Positions 1 through 12,047 of a DNA stretch of 32,000 bases are shown in pieces (positions within the stretch are counted from its first letter, which is position 1; each line of letters starts with the position of its first letter). The translations under genes were made by a program, and so were the position numbers. Below the pieces are notes generated by a model. The model made no database searches, had not been told where the DNA came from, and saw nothing but the letters and a program-made list of their open reading frames with translations. Origin of the DNA: Thiotrichaceae bacterium (GTDB lineage: Bacteria; Pseudomonadota; Gammaproteobacteria; Thiotrichales; Thiotrichaceae); the NCBI GenBank assembly GCA_026991755.1, contig JALXAX010000064.1:19384-51383 (forward strand), written 5' to 3'.

Positions 1-699
1 GGGCGTATTACAACACGTCACGTAGGTGGTGGTCACAAGCAACATTATCGTATTATTGATTTTAAGCGTAATCACAAAGATGCTATCCCTGCAGTAGTTG
101 AGACGATTGAGTATGATCCAAATCGTACCGCTAATATTGCATTGCTAAAATATGCGGACGGTGAGCGTACTTACATTATCGCTCCTAAAGGACTACAAGT
201 CGGTGATGCTATTGAAGCAGGAAAAGAAGCAGCTATTTCAATTGGTAATGCACTGCCAATGATTAACATCCCAGTGGGAACTGTTATCCATTGTATTGAA
301 ATGAAGCCTGGTAAAGGTGCTCAAATGGCACGTAGTGCTGGTACATCTGCACAGATCGTTGCTCGTGAAGGTCGTTTCGTTACTTTACGTCTTCGTTCAG
401 GTGAGATGCGTAAGATCTTATCAGAATGTCGTGCAACCATCGGTTCAGTAAGTAACTCTGAACATTCGCTTATAAAGCTCGGTAAAGCAGGCGCTAGTCG
501 TCATCGCGGAATTCGTCCAACGGTTCGTGGTGTTGCTATGAATCCGGTAGATCACCCACATGGTGGTGGTGAAGGTAAAACATCAGGTGGTCGTCATCCT
601 GTTTCACCTTGGGGTACTCCAGCCAAAGGCTTTAAGACTCGTAAAAACAAACGTACGGACAATATGATTGTTCGCCGTCGTAATAAGGGTAAGAGGTAA
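1..699 (+). CDS. rplB: 50S ribosomal protein L2 (5'-truncated by window edge)
   Basis: Frame 1 is open from base 1 ([23 protein letters not shown]...). [10 protein letters not shown] motif and basic C-terminus are typical of L2. Confidence 0.97.
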   Translation, partial: GRITTRHVGGGHKQHYRIIDFKRNHKDAIPAVVETIEYDPNRTANIALLKYADGERTYIIAPKGLQVGDAIEAGKEAAISIGNALPMINIPVGTVIHCIEMKPGKGAQMARSAGTSAQIVAREGRFVTLRLRSGEMRKILSECRATIGSVSNSEHSLIKLGKAGASRHRGIRPTVRGVAMNPVDHPHGGGEGKTSGGRHPVSPWGTPAKGFKTRKNKRTDNMIVRRRNKGKR

Positions 700-705
700 T
701 TAATC

Positions 706-978
706 GTGCCACGTTCACTTAAAAAAGGACCATTTGTTGATCATCATCTAATGGCTAAAGTTACAAAAGCTGCGGCAGCAAATGATCGCAAGCCTATTAA
801 AACTTGGTCGCGTAGATCAATGATTCTACCAGATATGGTTGGGTTAACAATCGCAGTTCATAATGGTCGTCAACACGTTCCAGTTCTTATAAATGAGAAC
901 ATGGTAGGACATAAACTAGGTGAATTTTCTCCTACTCGTATGTTCCGTGGTCACGCAGCAGACAAGAAGACGAAATAG
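706..978 (+). CDS. rpsS: 30S ribosomal protein S19
   Basis: GTG start. [27 protein letters not shown] signature. Conserved position after rplB. Confidence 0.97.
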   Translation: MPRSLKKGPFVDHHLMAKVTKAAAANDRKPIKTWSRRSMILPDMVGLTIAVHNGRQHVPVLINENMVGHKLGEFSPTRMFRGHAADKKTK

Positions 979-986
979 GTTTTATC

Positions 987-1328
987 ATGGAAACAGCAGC
1001 AAGATTAAAATTTGCACGTATTTCTCCACAGAAAGCTCGCTTGGTTGCCGATCAAGTTCGCGGTCAGTCTGTTGAGAAGGCGCTAGATGTGTTGAAATTC
1101 AGCCAAAAGAAAGCAGCTAAGATTGTAGGAAAAATCTTAGAATCTGCGATAGCAAACGCTGAACATAACGAAGGTGCTGATATCGATGAGTTAAGTGTAA
1201 CTCAGATATATGTAGATGCAGGACCAACAATGAAGCGTATTCGTCCACGTGCTAAAGGCCGTGCTAATAGAATAATTAAACGAACCAGTCACATCACTCT
1301 GATGGTTGGTGATGGCGAGAAGGACTGA
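987..1328 (+). CDS. rplV: 50S ribosomal protein L22
   Basis: [17 protein letters not shown]...[10 protein letters not shown]...KRTSHIT closely parallels E. coli L22. Confidence 0.97.
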   Translation: METAARLKFARISPQKARLVADQVRGQSVEKALDVLKFSQKKAAKIVGKILESAIANAEHNEGADIDELSVTQIYVDAGPTMKRIRPRAKGRANRIIKRTSHITLMVGDGEKD

Positions 1329-1337
1329 GGTTAAGTT

Positions 1338-2057
1338 ATGGGACAAAAAGTACATCCAATTGGAATTCGTTTAGGTATTGCTACAGATTGGCGTTCTAAA
1401 TGGTATGCAGAAGGCAAGCAATACTCGGAATTTTTACTTAAAGATATCGAGATCCGTGAGCACCTTATGAAGAAGCTAAAGAATGCTTCTGTTGCTGATG
1501 TTCGCATTGAACGTCCGGCTAAGTCTGCCTTCATTACTATTCACACGGCTCGGCCTGGGATCGTAATTGGCAAGAAAGGCGAAGATATTGAAAAGCTTCG
1601 CGCAGAACTTTCTAAAATGCTTGAGTTGCACCCTAACAACGTTAAGGTCAACATCGAAGAAATTCGCAAGCCTGAGACAAATGCTTTGTTGATTGCAGAA
1701 GGTATTTCACAACAACTAGAACGTCGTATTATGTTTCGTCGTGCTATGAAGCGCGCAGTTGGTAATGCAATGCGTCTTGGCGTTAAGGGAATCAAGGTTC
1801 GTATTGCTGGTCGTTTAAACGGTGCTGAAATTGCTCGTGCAGAATGGTACAGAGAAGGTCAAGTACCATTGCATACGTTGCGTGCTGATATTGATTATGC
1901 AACTGCAACTGCTGCTACTACATATGGAAATATCGGTATTAAAGTATGGGTTTACCATGGTGAAGTATTCGATCTTGAAGATAAAAGAGCACGTGCTAAG
2001 AAGGCTTCTACCGCAGGTCGTAGAAACAATAATAGCCGCAGAGATAACAAAAGGTAG
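1338..2057 (+). CDS. rpsC: 30S ribosomal protein S3
   Basis: [14 protein letters not shown]..., KH-domain [15 protein letters not shown]; operon position. Confidence 0.97.
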   Translation: MGQKVHPIGIRLGIATDWRSKWYAEGKQYSEFLLKDIEIREHLMKKLKNASVADVRIERPAKSAFITIHTARPGIVIGKKGEDIEKLRAELSKMLELHPNNVKVNIEEIRKPETNALLIAEGISQQLERRIMFRRAMKRAVGNAMRLGVKGIKVRIAGRLNGAEIARAEWYREGQVPLHTLRADIDYATATAATTYGNIGIKVWVYHGEVFDLEDKRARAKKASTAGRRNNNSRRDNKR

Positions 2058-2062
2058 TCGAG

Positions 2063-2476
2063 ATGTTACAACCTAAGAAAACTAAATTTCGTAAGCAGCA
2101 CAAAGGTAGAAACCGTGGCCTAGCTACAGTTGCTAACAAGGTAAGCTTCGGAGAGTACGGACTTAAGTCTGTGGATAGAGGTCAGTTGACTTCTCGTCAA
2201 ATTGAAGCGGCACGTCGTGCGATGACTCGTCACATCAAACGTGGCGGAAAAATATGGATTCGTGTGTTTCCTGATAAGCCGATTACTACTAAGCCATTAG
2301 AAGTTCGAATGGGTAAAGGTAAGGGTAACGTTGAATATTGGGTTGCCCCTATTCAACCAGGAAGAATGTTATTCGAAATGGAAGGTGTTGATGAAGAGTT
2401 GGCTCGTGAGGCGTTCGAATTAGCATCAGCTAAGCTTCCTATTAAGACTACGTTTATTACACGGACGGTGATGTAA
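2063..2476 (+). CDS. rplP: 50S ribosomal protein L16
   Basis: [19 protein letters not shown]... matches the L16 N-terminus. Stop overlaps the rpmC start by 1 nt. Confidence 0.97.
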   Translation: MLQPKKTKFRKQHKGRNRGLATVANKVSFGEYGLKSVDRGQLTSRQIEAARRAMTRHIKRGGKIWIRVFPDKPITTKPLEVRMGKGKGNVEYWVAPIQPGRMLFEMEGVDEELAREAFELASAKLPIKTTFITRTVM

Positions 2477-2679
2477 TGAAAGCCAGTGAATTACGCAGCA
2501 AGAGTGCTGATGAACTCCAAAGTGAGTTAATTGAAAATTTAAAAGAACAGTTCGGCCTGCGTATGCAGCGTGCAGCTGGTCAGTTAGAAAAGCCATCTGA
2601 AATGAAACGTGTTCGACGTAACATCGCTCGTATTAAGACACTAATGGCAGAATCAAAAACCGCAGGTAACGAAGCATGA
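2476..2679 (+). CDS. rpmC: 50S ribosomal protein L29
   Basis: [18 protein letters not shown]...QFGLRMQ pattern of L29. ATGA overlap with rpsQ. Confidence 0.95.
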   Translation: MKASELRSKSADELQSELIENLKEQFGLRMQRAAGQLEKPSEMKRVRRNIARIKTLMAESKTAGNEA

Positions 2680-2927
2680 GTGAAGCAGAAGTAAAAGAAG
2701 TAAGAAGCCTTACTGGTGTCGTTATTAGCGATAAAATGGATAAAACCGTTGTTGTTAAAATTGAGCGCAAAGTAAAGCACGCGTTATATGGTAAGTATAT
2801 CCGTCGCTCAACTAAGTTCCACGTCCATGACGAGAACAACGATGCGAAAGAAGGTGACACAGTGATGTTTAAGGAGTGTCGTCCTTACTCAAAAAGCAAA
2901 CATTGGAAAATGTTAAAAGTAGTTTAA
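2676..2927 (+). CDS. rpsQ: 30S ribosomal protein S17
   Basis: [42 protein letters not shown] matches S17. Confidence 0.96.
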   Translation: MSEAEVKEVRSLTGVVISDKMDKTVVVKIERKVKHALYGKYIRRSTKFHVHDENNDAKEGDTVMFKECRPYSKSKHWKMLKVV

Positions 2928-2984
2928 TCGCATTAGCGTTGACTACCTCTTTAATAACAAAGAAATAGTACAGGAATATCGAAC

Positions 2985-3353
2985 ATGATTCAGATGCAAT
3001 CAGTTTTAAAAGTAGCCGATAACAGTGGCGCCAAGCGCGTTCAGTGTATTAAGGTACTTGGCGGTTCACACAGACGCTATGCAGGTATCGGTGACATCAT
3101 TAAGGTGAGCATCAAAGAAAGCATACCTCGTGGAAAAATCAAAAAAGGTGATGTTCATTTCGCTGTTGTAGTACGTACAGCTAAAGGTGTTCGTCGTAAC
3201 GACGGTTCAATCATTCGTTTTGATGATAATGCCGCAGTAATATTGAATAGCAAGTATGAGCCAGTAGGAACACGTATCTTCGGGCCTGTTACTCGTGAAT
3301 TACGTGGTGATCGCTTTATGAAGATCATCTCTTTAGCACCAGAAGTTATTTAA
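2985..3353 (+). CDS. rplN: 50S ribosomal protein L14
   Basis: [39 protein letters not shown] is near-identical to the canonical L14. Confidence 0.98.
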   Translation: MIQMQSVLKVADNSGAKRVQCIKVLGGSHRRYAGIGDIIKVSIKESIPRGKIKKGDVHFAVVVRTAKGVRRNDGSIIRFDDNAAVILNSKYEPVGTRIFGPVTRELRGDRFMKIISLAPEVI

Positions 3354-3367
3354 GGTCTGGAAGAATT

Positions 3368-3688
3368 ATGAATAAGATTCGAAAAGGTGATGAAGTTCAA
3401 GTCGTTTGTGGAAAAGACAAAGGCCGTACTGGAATAATCACACTAATCAAAGACAACGGGAAAGTCCTAGTTGATGGGATTAACATGGCTAAGAAGCATG
3501 TTAAGCCAAATCCTAACGCAGGTATTGAAGGCGGCATCGTTTCACAAGAAATGGCACTTGACGCTTCTAACGTAATGTTAGTAAATCCTGCTACAGGTAA
3601 AGGTGATCGTGTTGGTTTTAAGATCCTTGAAGATGGCAAAAAAGTTCGCATCTTTAAGTCTAATGGTGAAGCGGTAGACGCAGGATAA
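3368..3688 (+). CDS. rplX: 50S ribosomal protein L24
   Basis: [23 protein letters not shown] motif; spc operon position. Confidence 0.96.
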   Translation: MNKIRKGDEVQVVCGKDKGRTGIITLIKDNGKVLVDGINMAKKHVKPNPNAGIEGGIVSQEMALDASNVMLVNPATGKGDRVGFKILEDGKKVRIFKSNGEAVDAG

Positions 3689-3692
3689 GACA

Positions 3693-4235
3693 ATGACAAG
3701 GTTACATGATTTTTATAAAGACACTGTTGTAAAAGAGCTAACTGATAAGTTCGGCTACAAGAGCGCAATGGAAGTTCCAAAGATCACAAAGATTTCATTA
3801 AACATGGGGTTAGGTGAAGCGATTGGAGACAAAAAGATTATAGAAAAAGCAGTAGGTGATATGGCGGCAATAGCTGGTCAAAAACCTGTTGTGACTATCG
3901 CAAAGAAGTCAATTGCGGGTTTCAAAATTCGTGATGATTATCCCATAGGTTGTAAAGTAACTTTACGCCGTGAGCACATGTATGAGTTTCTAGATCGTTT
4001 GATCAGTATCTCTATACCTCGTGTACGTGACTTTCGTGGATTAAACCCTAAGTCATTTGATGGTCGTGGTAACTATGCGATGGGGATTACAGAGCAGATC
4101 ATTTTCCCTGAAATTGATTATGACAAGATTGATATGTTGCGTGGTATGGATATTAACTTTACTACAACAGCTAAAACTGATGAAGAAGGAAAAGCATTAT
4201 TAGATGCATTTAAATTCCCCTTCAAAAAGAAATAA
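3693..4235 (+). CDS. rplE: 50S ribosomal protein L5
   Basis: [13 protein letters not shown]...[10 protein letters not shown]...[17 protein letters not shown]...[10 protein letters not shown] matches L5. Confidence 0.98.
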   Translation: MTRLHDFYKDTVVKELTDKFGYKSAMEVPKITKISLNMGLGEAIGDKKIIEKAVGDMAAIAGQKPVVTIAKKSIAGFKIRDDYPIGCKVTLRREHMYEFLDRLISISIPRVRDFRGLNPKSFDGRGNYAMGITEQIIFPEIDYDKIDMLRGMDINFTTTAKTDEEGKALLDAFKFPFKKK

Positions 4236-4248
4236 GGAATAGATAGCA

Positions 4249-4554
4249 ATGGCTAAGAAATCAATGATTGCCCGCGAGCATAAGCGCGAAAAGCTAGTAG
4301 CAAAATATGCTACTAAACGTGCTGAACTTAAAGAGATCATCAGAAACCCTGAAAGCAGTTATGACGAAGTAATGGATGCTAGCGATAAGCTGCAGAAGTT
4401 ACCACGTAACAGCAGTCCGGTACGTCTACAACGCCGTTGTCAGATTACAGGTCGTCCACACGCGGTTTACCGTAAGTTTGGTCTATCACGTAATAAACTC
4501 CGTGAACACGCTATGCAAGGCGATGTTCCTGGTCTAACTAAAGCAAGCTGGTAG
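4249..4554 (+). CDS. rpsN: 30S ribosomal protein S14 (long, Cys-poor form)
   Basis: [13 protein letters not shown]...[25 protein letters not shown]...PGLTKASW, 101 aa. Confidence 0.97.
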   Translation: MAKKSMIAREHKREKLVAKYATKRAELKEIIRNPESSYDEVMDASDKLQKLPRNSSPVRLQRRCQITGRPHAVYRKFGLSRNKLREHAMQGDVPGLTKASW

Positions 4555-4565
4555 GAGCGAATACT

Positions 4566-4958
4566 ATGAGCATGAGTGATCCAATCGCTGATATGTTGAC
4601 GCGTATTCGTAACGGTCAAATGGCTAACAAGCAGACAGTTACCTTTCCATCGTCAACCTACAAGACAGCTATCCTAGATGTATTACAAAGTGAAGGCTAT
4701 ATCGATGGTTACGAAGTAACTAAAGAAGCAAAGCCGGAAGCTACTGTTACGCTTCGCTATTATCAGGGTAAGCCTGTTATTAGCCTAATCAAGCGTATTA
4801 GTCGTCCAGGTTTAAGAATTTTCCGTGGTAAAGATGAATTGCCATCACCACTTAATGGTTTAGGAGTAGCTGTTGTATCTACTTCTAAAGGTGTAATGAC
4901 AGACCGTGCAGCCCGTGAAACGGGTCAGGGCGGCGAAGTTGTTTGTATCGTCGAATAG
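4566..4958 (+). CDS. rpsH: 30S ribosomal protein S8
   Basis: [18 protein letters not shown]... canonical S8 N-terminus. Confidence 0.97.
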   Translation: MSMSDPIADMLTRIRNGQMANKQTVTFPSSTYKTAILDVLQSEGYIDGYEVTKEAKPEATVTLRYYQGKPVISLIKRISRPGLRIFRGKDELPSPLNGLGVAVVSTSKGVMTDRAARETGQGGEVVCIVE

Positions 4959-4970
4959 TAGGAAGTCGTT

Positions 4971-5504
4971 ATGTCTAAAGTAGCTAGAAAACCGATTGAT
5001 TTACCTTCTGGACTGGAATGTACAGTTGATGGTCAATCAATTAAATTAAAAGGCGCTAAAGGCTCTTTTGATTATGTAATTCATGATTTGGTAGAAATCG
5101 GACAAGATGATAACGCTTTAACGTTTAAAGCTAAAAATGATGATCGTCTTGGTTGGGCAATGGCAGGTACAATGCGTGCATTGACAGCAAATATGGTAAC
5201 GGGTGTTACTGAAGGTTTCGAAAAGAAGCTTGAACTTGTTGGTGTGGGTTACAGAGCTAAAGCACAAGGTTCAAAGTTAAACTTAACATTAGGTTTTTCA
5301 CATCCTGTAGATCATGAAATGCCAGAAGGTATTACTGTTGAGACTCCGAGTCAGACAGAAATCATCCTTAAAGGTATTGATAAGCAACAAGTAGGCCAAG
5401 TTGCCGCTGAAATTAGAGCTTATCGCCCACCAGAGCCTTACAAAGGTAAAGGTGTTCGATATGCTGGTGAGCATATAATCCGTAAAGAAGCCAAGAAGAA
5501 GTAG
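4971..5504 (+). CDS. rplF: 50S ribosomal protein L6
   Basis: [13 protein letters not shown]...VGVGYRA...LGFSHPV...[11 protein letters not shown] matches L6. Confidence 0.97.
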   Translation: MSKVARKPIDLPSGLECTVDGQSIKLKGAKGSFDYVIHDLVEIGQDDNALTFKAKNDDRLGWAMAGTMRALTANMVTGVTEGFEKKLELVGVGYRAKAQGSKLNLTLGFSHPVDHEMPEGITVETPSQTEIILKGIDKQQVGQVAAEIRAYRPPEPYKGKGVRYAGEHIIRKEAKKK

Positions 5505-5512
5505 GTTTTGAA

Positions 5513-5866
5513 ATGAATAAAAAAGACGCAAGAATCCGTAGAGGAAAGAAAGCACGTTTTAAGATGCGTGAATTGGGTGTAACCCGTTTATGTATCAATC
5601 GTACTTCACGCCATATCTACGCACAGGTTATATCTCCTGAAGATGGTAGTGTTATCGCATCAGCTTCAACATTGGATAAAGATATTCGCTCTGAAGTTAA
5701 GTATTCTGGAAATACGGATGCTGCTAAGGCTGTAGGCAAAGCGATCGCAGAACGCGCTAAAGCAAAAGGCGTAGAAGCTGTTGCATTTGACCGCTCAGGT
5801 TATAAATATCACGGACGTGTTAGCGCTTTAGCTGATGCCGCTCGCGAATCTGGTCTACAGTTTTAG
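5513..5866 (+). CDS. rplR: 50S ribosomal protein L18
   Basis: [14 protein letters not shown]...RHIYAQVI...[26 protein letters not shown] matches L18. Confidence 0.97.
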   Translation: MNKKDARIRRGKKARFKMRELGVTRLCINRTSRHIYAQVISPEDGSVIASASTLDKDIRSEVKYSGNTDAAKAVGKAIAERAKAKGVEAVAFDRSGYKYHGRVSALADAARESGLQF

Positions 5867-5894
5867 ACTACTAAGTAAGGTTTAAAGATTAAAC

Positions 5895-6404
5895 ATGGCA
5901 AAACAAGATAACAGAGAACAAGCGGCAGACGGCCTGACTGAAAAACTAGTACACGTTAATCGTGTTGCTAAAGTAGTTAAAGGTGGTCGTATTTTTGGCT
6001 TTACAGCACTAACAGTAGTTGGCGATGGTAAAGGCAAAGTAGGCATTGGCTATGGTAAGGCGCGTGAAGTTCCAATCGCTATTCAAAAAGCAATGGAAAA
6101 AGCCCGTAAGAACATGGTAAATGTTGCACTTGATGGAGATACTTTACAGTATCCAATCAACGCACGTTACGGCGCAGCTAAGGTCTATATGCAGCCTGCA
6201 TCGGAAGGTACTGGTATTATTGCTGGTGGTCCAATGCGTGCAGTATTTGAAGTAGTAGGGATCAAAAACGTTTTGTCTAAGTGTAACGGAACGCGTAATC
6301 CAATCAACGTGGTACGTGCAACGATCAAAGGCCTAGCTGAAATGAATTCTCCTGAGATGATCGCTGCTAAACGCGGTAAGTCTGTAGAAGATATTAGAGG
6401 ATAG
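5895..6404 (+). CDS. rpsE: 30S ribosomal protein S5
   Basis: [43 protein letters not shown] matches S5. Confidence 0.97.
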   Translation: MAKQDNREQAADGLTEKLVHVNRVAKVVKGGRIFGFTALTVVGDGKGKVGIGYGKAREVPIAIQKAMEKARKNMVNVALDGDTLQYPINARYGAAKVYMQPASEGTGIIAGGPMRAVFEVVGIKNVLSKCNGTRNPINVVRATIKGLAEMNSPEMIAAKRGKSVEDIRG

Positions 6405-6408
6405 AACA

Positions 6409-6594
6409 ATGGCTGAAAAAAAACTAAAATTGACATTGGTTCGTAGTTTGAACGGACGTCTTAAAAGCCATAAGGCATGTGCAGCAGGTCTAGGTATTCG
6501 TAAGATGCACAACTCTGTAGAAGTTATTGATACACCTGAAAACCGTGGCATGATCAACAAGATCAACTACATGTTGAAGGTTGAGGAAGTTTAA
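6409..6594 (+). CDS. rpmD: 50S ribosomal protein L30
   Basis: [44 protein letters not shown] matches L30. Confidence 0.95.
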   Translation: MAEKKLKLTLVRSLNGRLKSHKACAAGLGIRKMHNSVEVIDTPENRGMINKINYMLKVEEV

Positions 6595-6596
6595 TC

Positions 6597-7031
6597 ATGA
6601 AATTAAATACACTAAGCCCTGCAGAGGGAAGTACTAAAGATCGTAAGCGTGTAGGTCGCGGAATCGGTTGTGGTAATGGAAAAACTTGTGGACGTGGTCA
6701 TAAAGGCCAGAAGTCTCGCTCAGGTGGTTTCCATAAAAGTGGTTTTGAAGGTGGTCAGATGCCTTTACAGCGTCGTCTACCTAAGGTTGGTTTCTCTTCA
6801 CGTACTAAGCAATATTCAACAGAAATTCGCTTGAATGAACTTGAGTCACTTGAAGCTGATGTAGTTGACCTTAATGTACTAAAAGAAGCTGGAATAGTCG
6901 GACACAAGATAAAGAAAGCTAAAGTTATCCTTTCTGGTGAATTAAAAAGATCAGTAACTGTTAAAGGTTTAGCAGTAACCTCAGGTGCTAAGAAGGCAAT
7001 TGAAGCAGCTGGTGGAAAGATAGAAGAATAA
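6597..7031 (+). CDS. rplO: 50S ribosomal protein L15
   Basis: [12 protein letters not shown]...[26 protein letters not shown] matches L15. Confidence 0.97.
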   Translation: MKLNTLSPAEGSTKDRKRVGRGIGCGNGKTCGRGHKGQKSRSGGFHKSGFEGGQMPLQRRLPKVGFSSRTKQYSTEIRLNELESLEADVVDLNVLKEAGIVGHKIKKAKVILSGELKRSVTVKGLAVTSGAKKAIEAAGGKIEE

Positions 7032-7061
7032 GCACGATTAATAAGAAGAGAATATAAAGCC

Positions 7062-8381
7062 GTGGCCAATCAAAAAGCAGCTGGTAAGTTGGGATCGATG
7101 GGAAACTTTGCTGAAATAAAGCAACGTTTAATCTTCGTAATACTTGCACTAATTGTTTATAGAATTGGAACCTTTATTCCAGTGCCTGGTGTAAATCCGG
7201 ACGCAATGGCGAACTTCTTTAATGATAACAACGGCACAATACTGGGTGTCTTTAATATGTTCTCAGGTGGAGCATTACAAAGGTTTAGTATATTTGCCCT
7301 AGGTATCATGCCTTATATCTCCGCATCAATTATTGTGCAGTTGATGACTAAAGTAGTTCCTTACTTTGAGCAACTTAGTAAGGAAGGTGAATCAGGAAAA
7401 AGAAAGATTACCCAATATACTCGTTATGGAACGGTAGGTTTGGCACTCTTTCAAAGTATAGGTATTGCTTCAGCCTTTGGTGGTCAAGGTATTGCACTTT
7501 ATCCTGGTGTTAGCTTTATCGTAACGACAGTAGTTACCTTGGTCACTGGGACATTGTTCCTAATGTGGTTAGGTGAGCAGATTACAGAACGTGGCATAGG
7601 TAATGGTATATCACTCATTATCTTTGCCGGTATTGTTGCAGGTTTACCCGCAGCAATTGGTGGAACATTAGAATTAGCAAGAAATGGTGAGATCTCAGCA
7701 GGTATCGTGATCTTATTAATTGTTTTGGCATTTGCAGTAACAGCCTTTGTCGTTTTTGTTGAACGAGCACAGCGTAGAATAACTATTAACTACGCTAATC
7801 GTCAGCAAGGTAGGAAAATGATGAAAGGGCAGTCTAGCTTCTTGCCTTTGAAACTAAATATGGCGGGTGTTATCCCACCTATATTTGCATCAAGTATTAT
7901 TCTTTTTCCCGCTACTTTAGGCAAGTGGGCAAGTGGAGATGGTACAGGTGCATTAAGTCAGTTTGTGAATATGCTACAGCCAGGTCAGCCCCTGTATGTT
8001 TTATTTTACGCAATGGCTATTATATTTTTTACGTTTTTCTACACGGCTCTTGTGTTTAACTCACGCGAGACGGCAGATAACCTAAAAAAATCTGGTGCAT
8101 TTATTCCAGGTATTCGTCCAGGTAAGCAAACCGCTAAATATATAGACGGTGTAATGACTCGCTTAACAGCAGTTGGCGCCATCTATATAACATTAGTTTG
8201 TTTATTGCCTGAGTTCTTAATACTTGGATGGAATGTACCGTTTTACTTTGGTGGTACATCATTGCTAATCATTGTTGTGGTTGTTATGGACTTTTTAGCT
8301 CAGCTACAGTCACATACTATGTCGCACCAGTATGAAGGCTTGATGAAGAAAGCTAATTTCAAATCAGGCAAGAAAAAATAA
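7062..8381 (+). CDS. secY: preprotein translocase subunit SecY
   Basis: GTG start. [27 protein letters not shown] and ten hydrophobic segments. Conserved position between rplO and rpmJ. Confidence 0.97.
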   Translation: MANQKAAGKLGSMGNFAEIKQRLIFVILALIVYRIGTFIPVPGVNPDAMANFFNDNNGTILGVFNMFSGGALQRFSIFALGIMPYISASIIVQLMTKVVPYFEQLSKEGESGKRKITQYTRYGTVGLALFQSIGIASAFGGQGIALYPGVSFIVTTVVTLVTGTLFLMWLGEQITERGIGNGISLIIFAGIVAGLPAAIGGTLELARNGEISAGIVILLIVLAFAVTAFVVFVERAQRRITINYANRQQGRKMMKGQSSFLPLKLNMAGVIPPIFASSIILFPATLGKWASGDGTGALSQFVNMLQPGQPLYVLFYAMAIIFFTFFYTALVFNSRETADNLKKSGAFIPGIRPGKQTAKYIDGVMTRLTAVGAIYITLVCLLPEFLILGWNVPFYFGGTSLLIIVVVVMDFLAQLQSHTMSHQYEGLMKKANFKSGKKK

Positions 8382-8396
8382 TTTGAGGATTTAAGC

Positions 8397-8510
8397 ATGA
8401 AAGTACGTGCATCAGTAAAAAAGATTTGTCGTAACTGTCGAGTCATTAAGCGAAAAGGCATAGTAAGAGTCATCTGTACTGACCCCCGCCATAAGCAACG
8501 CCAAGGTTAA
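8397..8510 (+). CDS. rpmJ: 50S ribosomal protein L36 (Zn-ribbon form)
   Basis: Absent from the ORF track (under 60 aa). Hand translation gives [37 protein letters not shown] with a CxxC..C..H motif. Confidence 0.95.
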   Translation: MKVRASVKKICRNCRVIKRKGIVRVICTDPRHKQRQG

Positions 8511-8533
8511 TCCTCGGTTAGTAAAATATTTAT

Positions 8534-8562
8534 TTGATTAATTTTGAGAAAGCAGGTATCTT
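8534..8562 (+). promoter_or_regulatory. candidate sigma70 promoter in rpmJ-rpsM spacer (alpha operon)
   Basis: TTGATT (8534-39), 17 nt, TATCTT (8557-62), about 37 nt before the rpsM ATG. Motif match only. Confidence 0.3.
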
Positions 8563-8598
8563 TGCCCGCCTTTTCGACAATATTCTGGAGAAACTGTA

Positions 8599-8952
8599 AT
8601 GGCTCGTATAGCGGGTATAAACATTCCGGTAAATAAACATGCGGTCATCGGACTAACTTCCATTTTTGGTATTGGTCGCACTCGTTCAGCTCAAATTTGT
8701 GAAGCTGCAAAAATCGAACCCTCTACTAAGATCCGTGATCTTTCAGAAGACGAAATAGAGCGTGTTCGTAAAGAAGTCGGCAAATTCATTGTTGAAGGTG
8801 ATCTTCGTCGTGAAGTTTCCATGAATATTAAACGCCTAATGGATCTGGGTTGTTATAGAGGTATTCGTCATCGTCGTGGTCTCCCACTACGTGGACAACG
8901 TACTAAAAATAACTCTAGGACTCGTAAGGGTCCACGTAAACCCATCCGTTAA
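8599..8952 (+). CDS. rpsM: 30S ribosomal protein S13
   Basis: [25 protein letters not shown]...[30 protein letters not shown] matches S13. Confidence 0.98.
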   Translation: MARIAGINIPVNKHAVIGLTSIFGIGRTRSAQICEAAKIEPSTKIRDLSEDEIERVRKEVGKFIVEGDLRREVSMNIKRLMDLGCYRGIRHRRGLPLRGQRTKNNSRTRKGPRKPIR

Positions 8953-8979
8953 TTGAACAGAATAGACAGGATCTAGGAA

Positions 8980-9366
8980 ATGGCAAAGCAGCCCGCTAAA
9001 ACTAAAAAAGTTAAAAAGTCTATATCAGACGGCATCGCACACGTGCATGCAACTTTTAATAACACAATCGTGACGATTACTGATCGCCAAGGCAACGCTC
9101 TAGCATGGGCAACAGCTGGTGGCTCTGGTTTCCGTGGTTCACGTAAAAGTACTCCTTTTGCAGCACAGGTTGCAGCAGAGAGAGCTGGCGAAGCTGTTAA
9201 AGCTTTTGGTATGAAAAATCTTGACGTTATGATCAAAGGCCCTGGCCCTGGTCGTGAGTCAGCAGTTCGTTCATTGAACAATGTTGGTTTCAAGATTGGC
9301 AATATTATAGATGTAACACCCATTCCACATAATGGTTGTCGTCCTCCTAAAAAGCGTCGCGTGTAA
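8980..9366 (+). CDS. rpsK: 30S ribosomal protein S11
   Basis: [46 protein letters not shown] matches S11. Confidence 0.98.
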   Translation: MAKQPAKTKKVKKSISDGIAHVHATFNNTIVTITDRQGNALAWATAGGSGFRGSRKSTPFAAQVAAERAGEAVKAFGMKNLDVMIKGPGPGRESAVRSLNNVGFKIGNIIDVTPIPHNGCRPPKKRRV

Positions 9367-9386
9367 GGAATAGTAGAGAAAATATT

Positions 9387-10007
9387 ATGGCTAGATATAC
9401 TGGACCAACTTGTAAGCTTATGCGTCGTGAAGGAACGGATCTTTACTTAAAAGGTCGCGGAACTTCATTAGAAAACAAATGTAAGATGGACAAAGTTCCT
9501 GGTGTCCATGGTGACGCAAGAATTCGTCTTACTGACTATGCAATTCAGCTTCGTGAAAAGCAAAAAGTTAAGCGTATGTACGGAGTACTTGAAAAACAAT
9601 TCCGTAACTACTTTAAACGTGCTGCACGCCAAAAAGGTTCAACAGGTGAAAACTTGTTGTCACTTTTAGAGTCTCGTCTTGATAACGTTGTTTATCGTAT
9701 GGGTTATGGTGCTACTCGAGCTGAGTGTCGCCAATTAGTAAGCCATAAAGCGATTACGGTTAATGGTCAATGTGTAAATATTGCATCATATCAAGTTCAA
9801 GCAGGTGACATCGTTGCTATTCGTGAAAAGTCAAAGAAGCAAGCACGTATTGTTGATGCAATGGCTATCATGGAGCAAATGGGATTCCCTGAGTGGGTTG
9901 AAGTTGACGGTAAGAAGCTAGAAGGTACGTTTAAAGCCGTACCTGAGCGTAGTGAACTACCTGCTGAAATCAACGAATCACTTATCGTCGAACTATACTC
10001 TAAGTAA
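9387..10007 (+). CDS. rpsD: 30S ribosomal protein S4
   Basis: [19 protein letters not shown]...[22 protein letters not shown]...S4 domain. Confidence 0.98.
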   Translation: MARYTGPTCKLMRREGTDLYLKGRGTSLENKCKMDKVPGVHGDARIRLTDYAIQLREKQKVKRMYGVLEKQFRNYFKRAARQKGSTGENLLSLLESRLDNVVYRMGYGATRAECRQLVSHKAITVNGQCVNIASYQVQAGDIVAIREKSKKQARIVDAMAIMEQMGFPEWVEVDGKKLEGTFKAVPERSELPAEINESLIVELYSK

Positions 10008-10070
10008 TTAGCAGTTAGTACGGCAGTAAGGTTTAAGTAGTTATAACTTATATATTAGGATTAGCACGTC

Positions 10071-11063
10071 ATGGCAAATGCAATGGATTTATTAAAGCCA
10101 CACAAAATTGACATAAAAGAACTAGGCGCTAATGCATCTAAGATCGTTCTTGAGCCGCTTGAGCGTGGTTTTGGTCATACGTTAGGTAATGCTTTCCGTA
10201 GAATCCTGCTTTCATCTATCCCTGGTGCTTCAGTTACTGAAGTACAGATTGTAGGTGTGAAGCATGAATATGAGTCTCTTGATGGTGTACAGGAAGATGT
10301 TATCGACATTTTGCTAAACCTTAAAGAACTTGCTATTCGATTAAACGCAAAAGATGAAGTAACCCTTTCTTTAAACAAGCAAGGCCCAGGTGTTGTTACT
10401 GCTGCTGATATCGCACTAGATCATGATGTTGAAATAATCAACCCTGATCACGTTATCGCGACTCTAACCACCGATACTTCTATTGAAATGTCGTTAACTG
10501 TTACTACCGGTAGAGGCTACCAACCAGTAACTATGCGTCGCGGTCCTGATGCACCAGAACTGCCAGTAGGAACATTAGTTATTGACGCAAGTTACAGCCC
10601 TGTACGTCGTGTTATTTATGATGTAGACAGTGCACGTTCTGGTGAACGCGCTGATATGGATAAGCTAATCCTTGAGCTAGAGACGGATGGTTCTGTAGAG
10701 CCAGAAGAAGCTATCTCTATGGCTGCACAAATTATTCAGAACCAACTAGCCGTATTCTTCAACCTAACGATTGAAGAACCTGTTGAGGTTGAGCCACAAG
10801 AGCCTGAGATTGATCCAGAGCTATTACGTCCTGTTGATGATCTTGAGCTTACTGTACGTTCTGCAAACTGTCTTAAAGCAGAGCAAGTTTACTATATCGG
10901 TGACCTAGTTCAGAAGACAGAAACAGAGCTACTGAAAACTCCAAATCTCGGTAAGAAATCACTTACAGAGATTAAAGATATATTGGGTACTAGAGGGTTT
11001 ACTCTTGGTACTAAGCTTGATACTTGGCCCCCTGCTGCTTTGGAAGAAAAAGAAGCTAGTTAG
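10071..11063 (+). CDS. rpoA: DNA-directed RNA polymerase subunit alpha
   Basis: [26 protein letters not shown]..., C-terminal [14 protein letters not shown]...[16 protein letters not shown] (alpha-CTD). Confidence 0.98.
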   Translation: MANAMDLLKPHKIDIKELGANASKIVLEPLERGFGHTLGNAFRRILLSSIPGASVTEVQIVGVKHEYESLDGVQEDVIDILLNLKELAIRLNAKDEVTLSLNKQGPGVVTAADIALDHDVEIINPDHVIATLTTDTSIEMSLTVTTGRGYQPVTMRRGPDAPELPVGTLVIDASYSPVRRVIYDVDSARSGERADMDKLILELETDGSVEPEEAISMAAQIIQNQLAVFFNLTIEEPVEVEPQEPEIDPELLRPVDDLELTVRSANCLKAEQVYYIGDLVQKTETELLKTPNLGKKSLTEIKDILGTRGFTLGTKLDTWPPAALEEKEAS

Positions 11064-11177
11064 TTGGCAAGTACCTCACGGTATTGCAATTAAACTAAAG
11101 GTCAAAGTCACTAACTATACTGACTAGTAAAAAGTTGAGAATAGTTAAATTTAAGAACATTTTATAGGTTTAGAACA

Positions 11178-11558
11178 ATGCGTCATCGTAAAATCGGAAG
11201 ACAACTAAGTCGTAACAGCAGTCATCGTAAAGCTACTTTACAGGCTCTTACCGTTTCATTGTTTCGTTATGAAGGTATTAAGACTACTGTTGCTAAGGCA
11301 AAGGAACTACGTCGTGTAGCTGAACCACTTATCACTCGTGGTAAGGTTGATTCAGTTCATAACCGTCGTATCGTATTTGCTCGTTTAAGAGACAACGAAG
11401 TGACTGCAAAAGTATTCACTGACTTCGGACCACGTTATCAAGATCGTCCTGGTGGATATCTTCGTATTATCAAGTGTGGCTTCCGTGCAGGTGATAACGC
11501 ACCTATGGCATACGTTGAGCTTGTTGATCGTCCTGAAGCAGATACCGAAGCCGCGTAA
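11178..11558 (+). CDS. rplQ: 50S ribosomal protein L17
   Basis: [24 protein letters not shown]...PGGYLRIIK matches L17. Confidence 0.97.
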   Translation: MRHRKIGRQLSRNSSHRKATLQALTVSLFRYEGIKTTVAKAKELRRVAEPLITRGKVDSVHNRRIVFARLRDNEVTAKVFTDFGPRYQDRPGGYLRIIKCGFRAGDNAPMAYVELVDRPEADTEAA

Positions 11559-11604
11559 CGTTATACATACTTTTATTGTTAGTGGTAGTTAGTATACTAA
11601 CAAC

Positions 11605-11633
11605 AAAAAAGCCGACTATTAGTCGGCTTTTTT
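11605..11633. terminator. bidirectional rho-independent terminator
   Basis: AAAAAAGCCGACT-ATT-AGTCGGCTTTTTT: 7-bp GC-rich stem flanked by an A-run and a T-run. Serves rplQ (+) and the convergent minus-strand ORF, whose last codons lie in the stem. Confidence 0.85.
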
Positions 11634-12047
11634 GTGGATGGTTTTACGCCGTTTTTCTATATCTTGCAAAACAACATTACTCTCAACGGGAAGCAGTAAC
11701 TCTCCATTTTGTTTGATGTTAGCTTGAATAGTGCTTTCTGAATCGTAATTAATCACAGTGAACTCATTACCCGACCAGGATTCAAGTTCTTGTTTGAAAG
11801 TAGTTAGTACACTGGTTTCCAGTTGCACTAGTAAGGATAACGATTCCCCTTGATTGAGTAACCAACATTCATTGCATTTAAACATCGAACAAATGCGTCG
11901 GATCGTCTCTTTATTGGGATTGAGTTGGGTCATTAAGTGATTACTCATACGAAATTCATTAGCTTTTTCTGATATGCTCTGCACACTAGTCAGATAGAGA
12001 TATTCTAAATGAAAAAAGCTGATGACAACATTATAACTGCTAAGCAA
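11619..12047 (-). CDS. hypothetical protein, possible XRE-like helix-turn-helix N-terminus
   Basis: 142-aa ORF. SVQSISEKANEFRMSNHLMTQLNPNKETIRRICSMFKCNECWLL resembles the Cro/C1-type HTH pattern. Start is uncertain (overlaps the divergent ORF by 39 nt). Confidence 0.4.
   Translation of the reverse strand: MLSSYNVVISFFHLEYLYLTSVQSISEKANEFRMSNHLMTQLNPNKETIRRICSMFKCNECWLLNQGESLSLLVQLETSVLTTFKQELESWSGNEFTVINYDSESTIQANIKQNGELLLPVESNVVLQDIEKRRKTIHKKAD

Noticed and set aside
1331-10378. Many 60-130-aa antisense or off-frame ORFs in the track inside ribosomal-protein genes (e.g. 1331..1534-, 1541..1795-, 1822..2076+, 2580..2860-, 3397..3780-, 5298..5598-, 6185..6566-, 6755..7069-, 8973..9323-, 10175..10378-)
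   Set aside because: Each is fully nested in or opposite a strongly supported conserved gene. Their composition is low-complexity or odd (Ser/Leu/Arg-rich) and they lack an RBS context. These are typical shadow ORFs.
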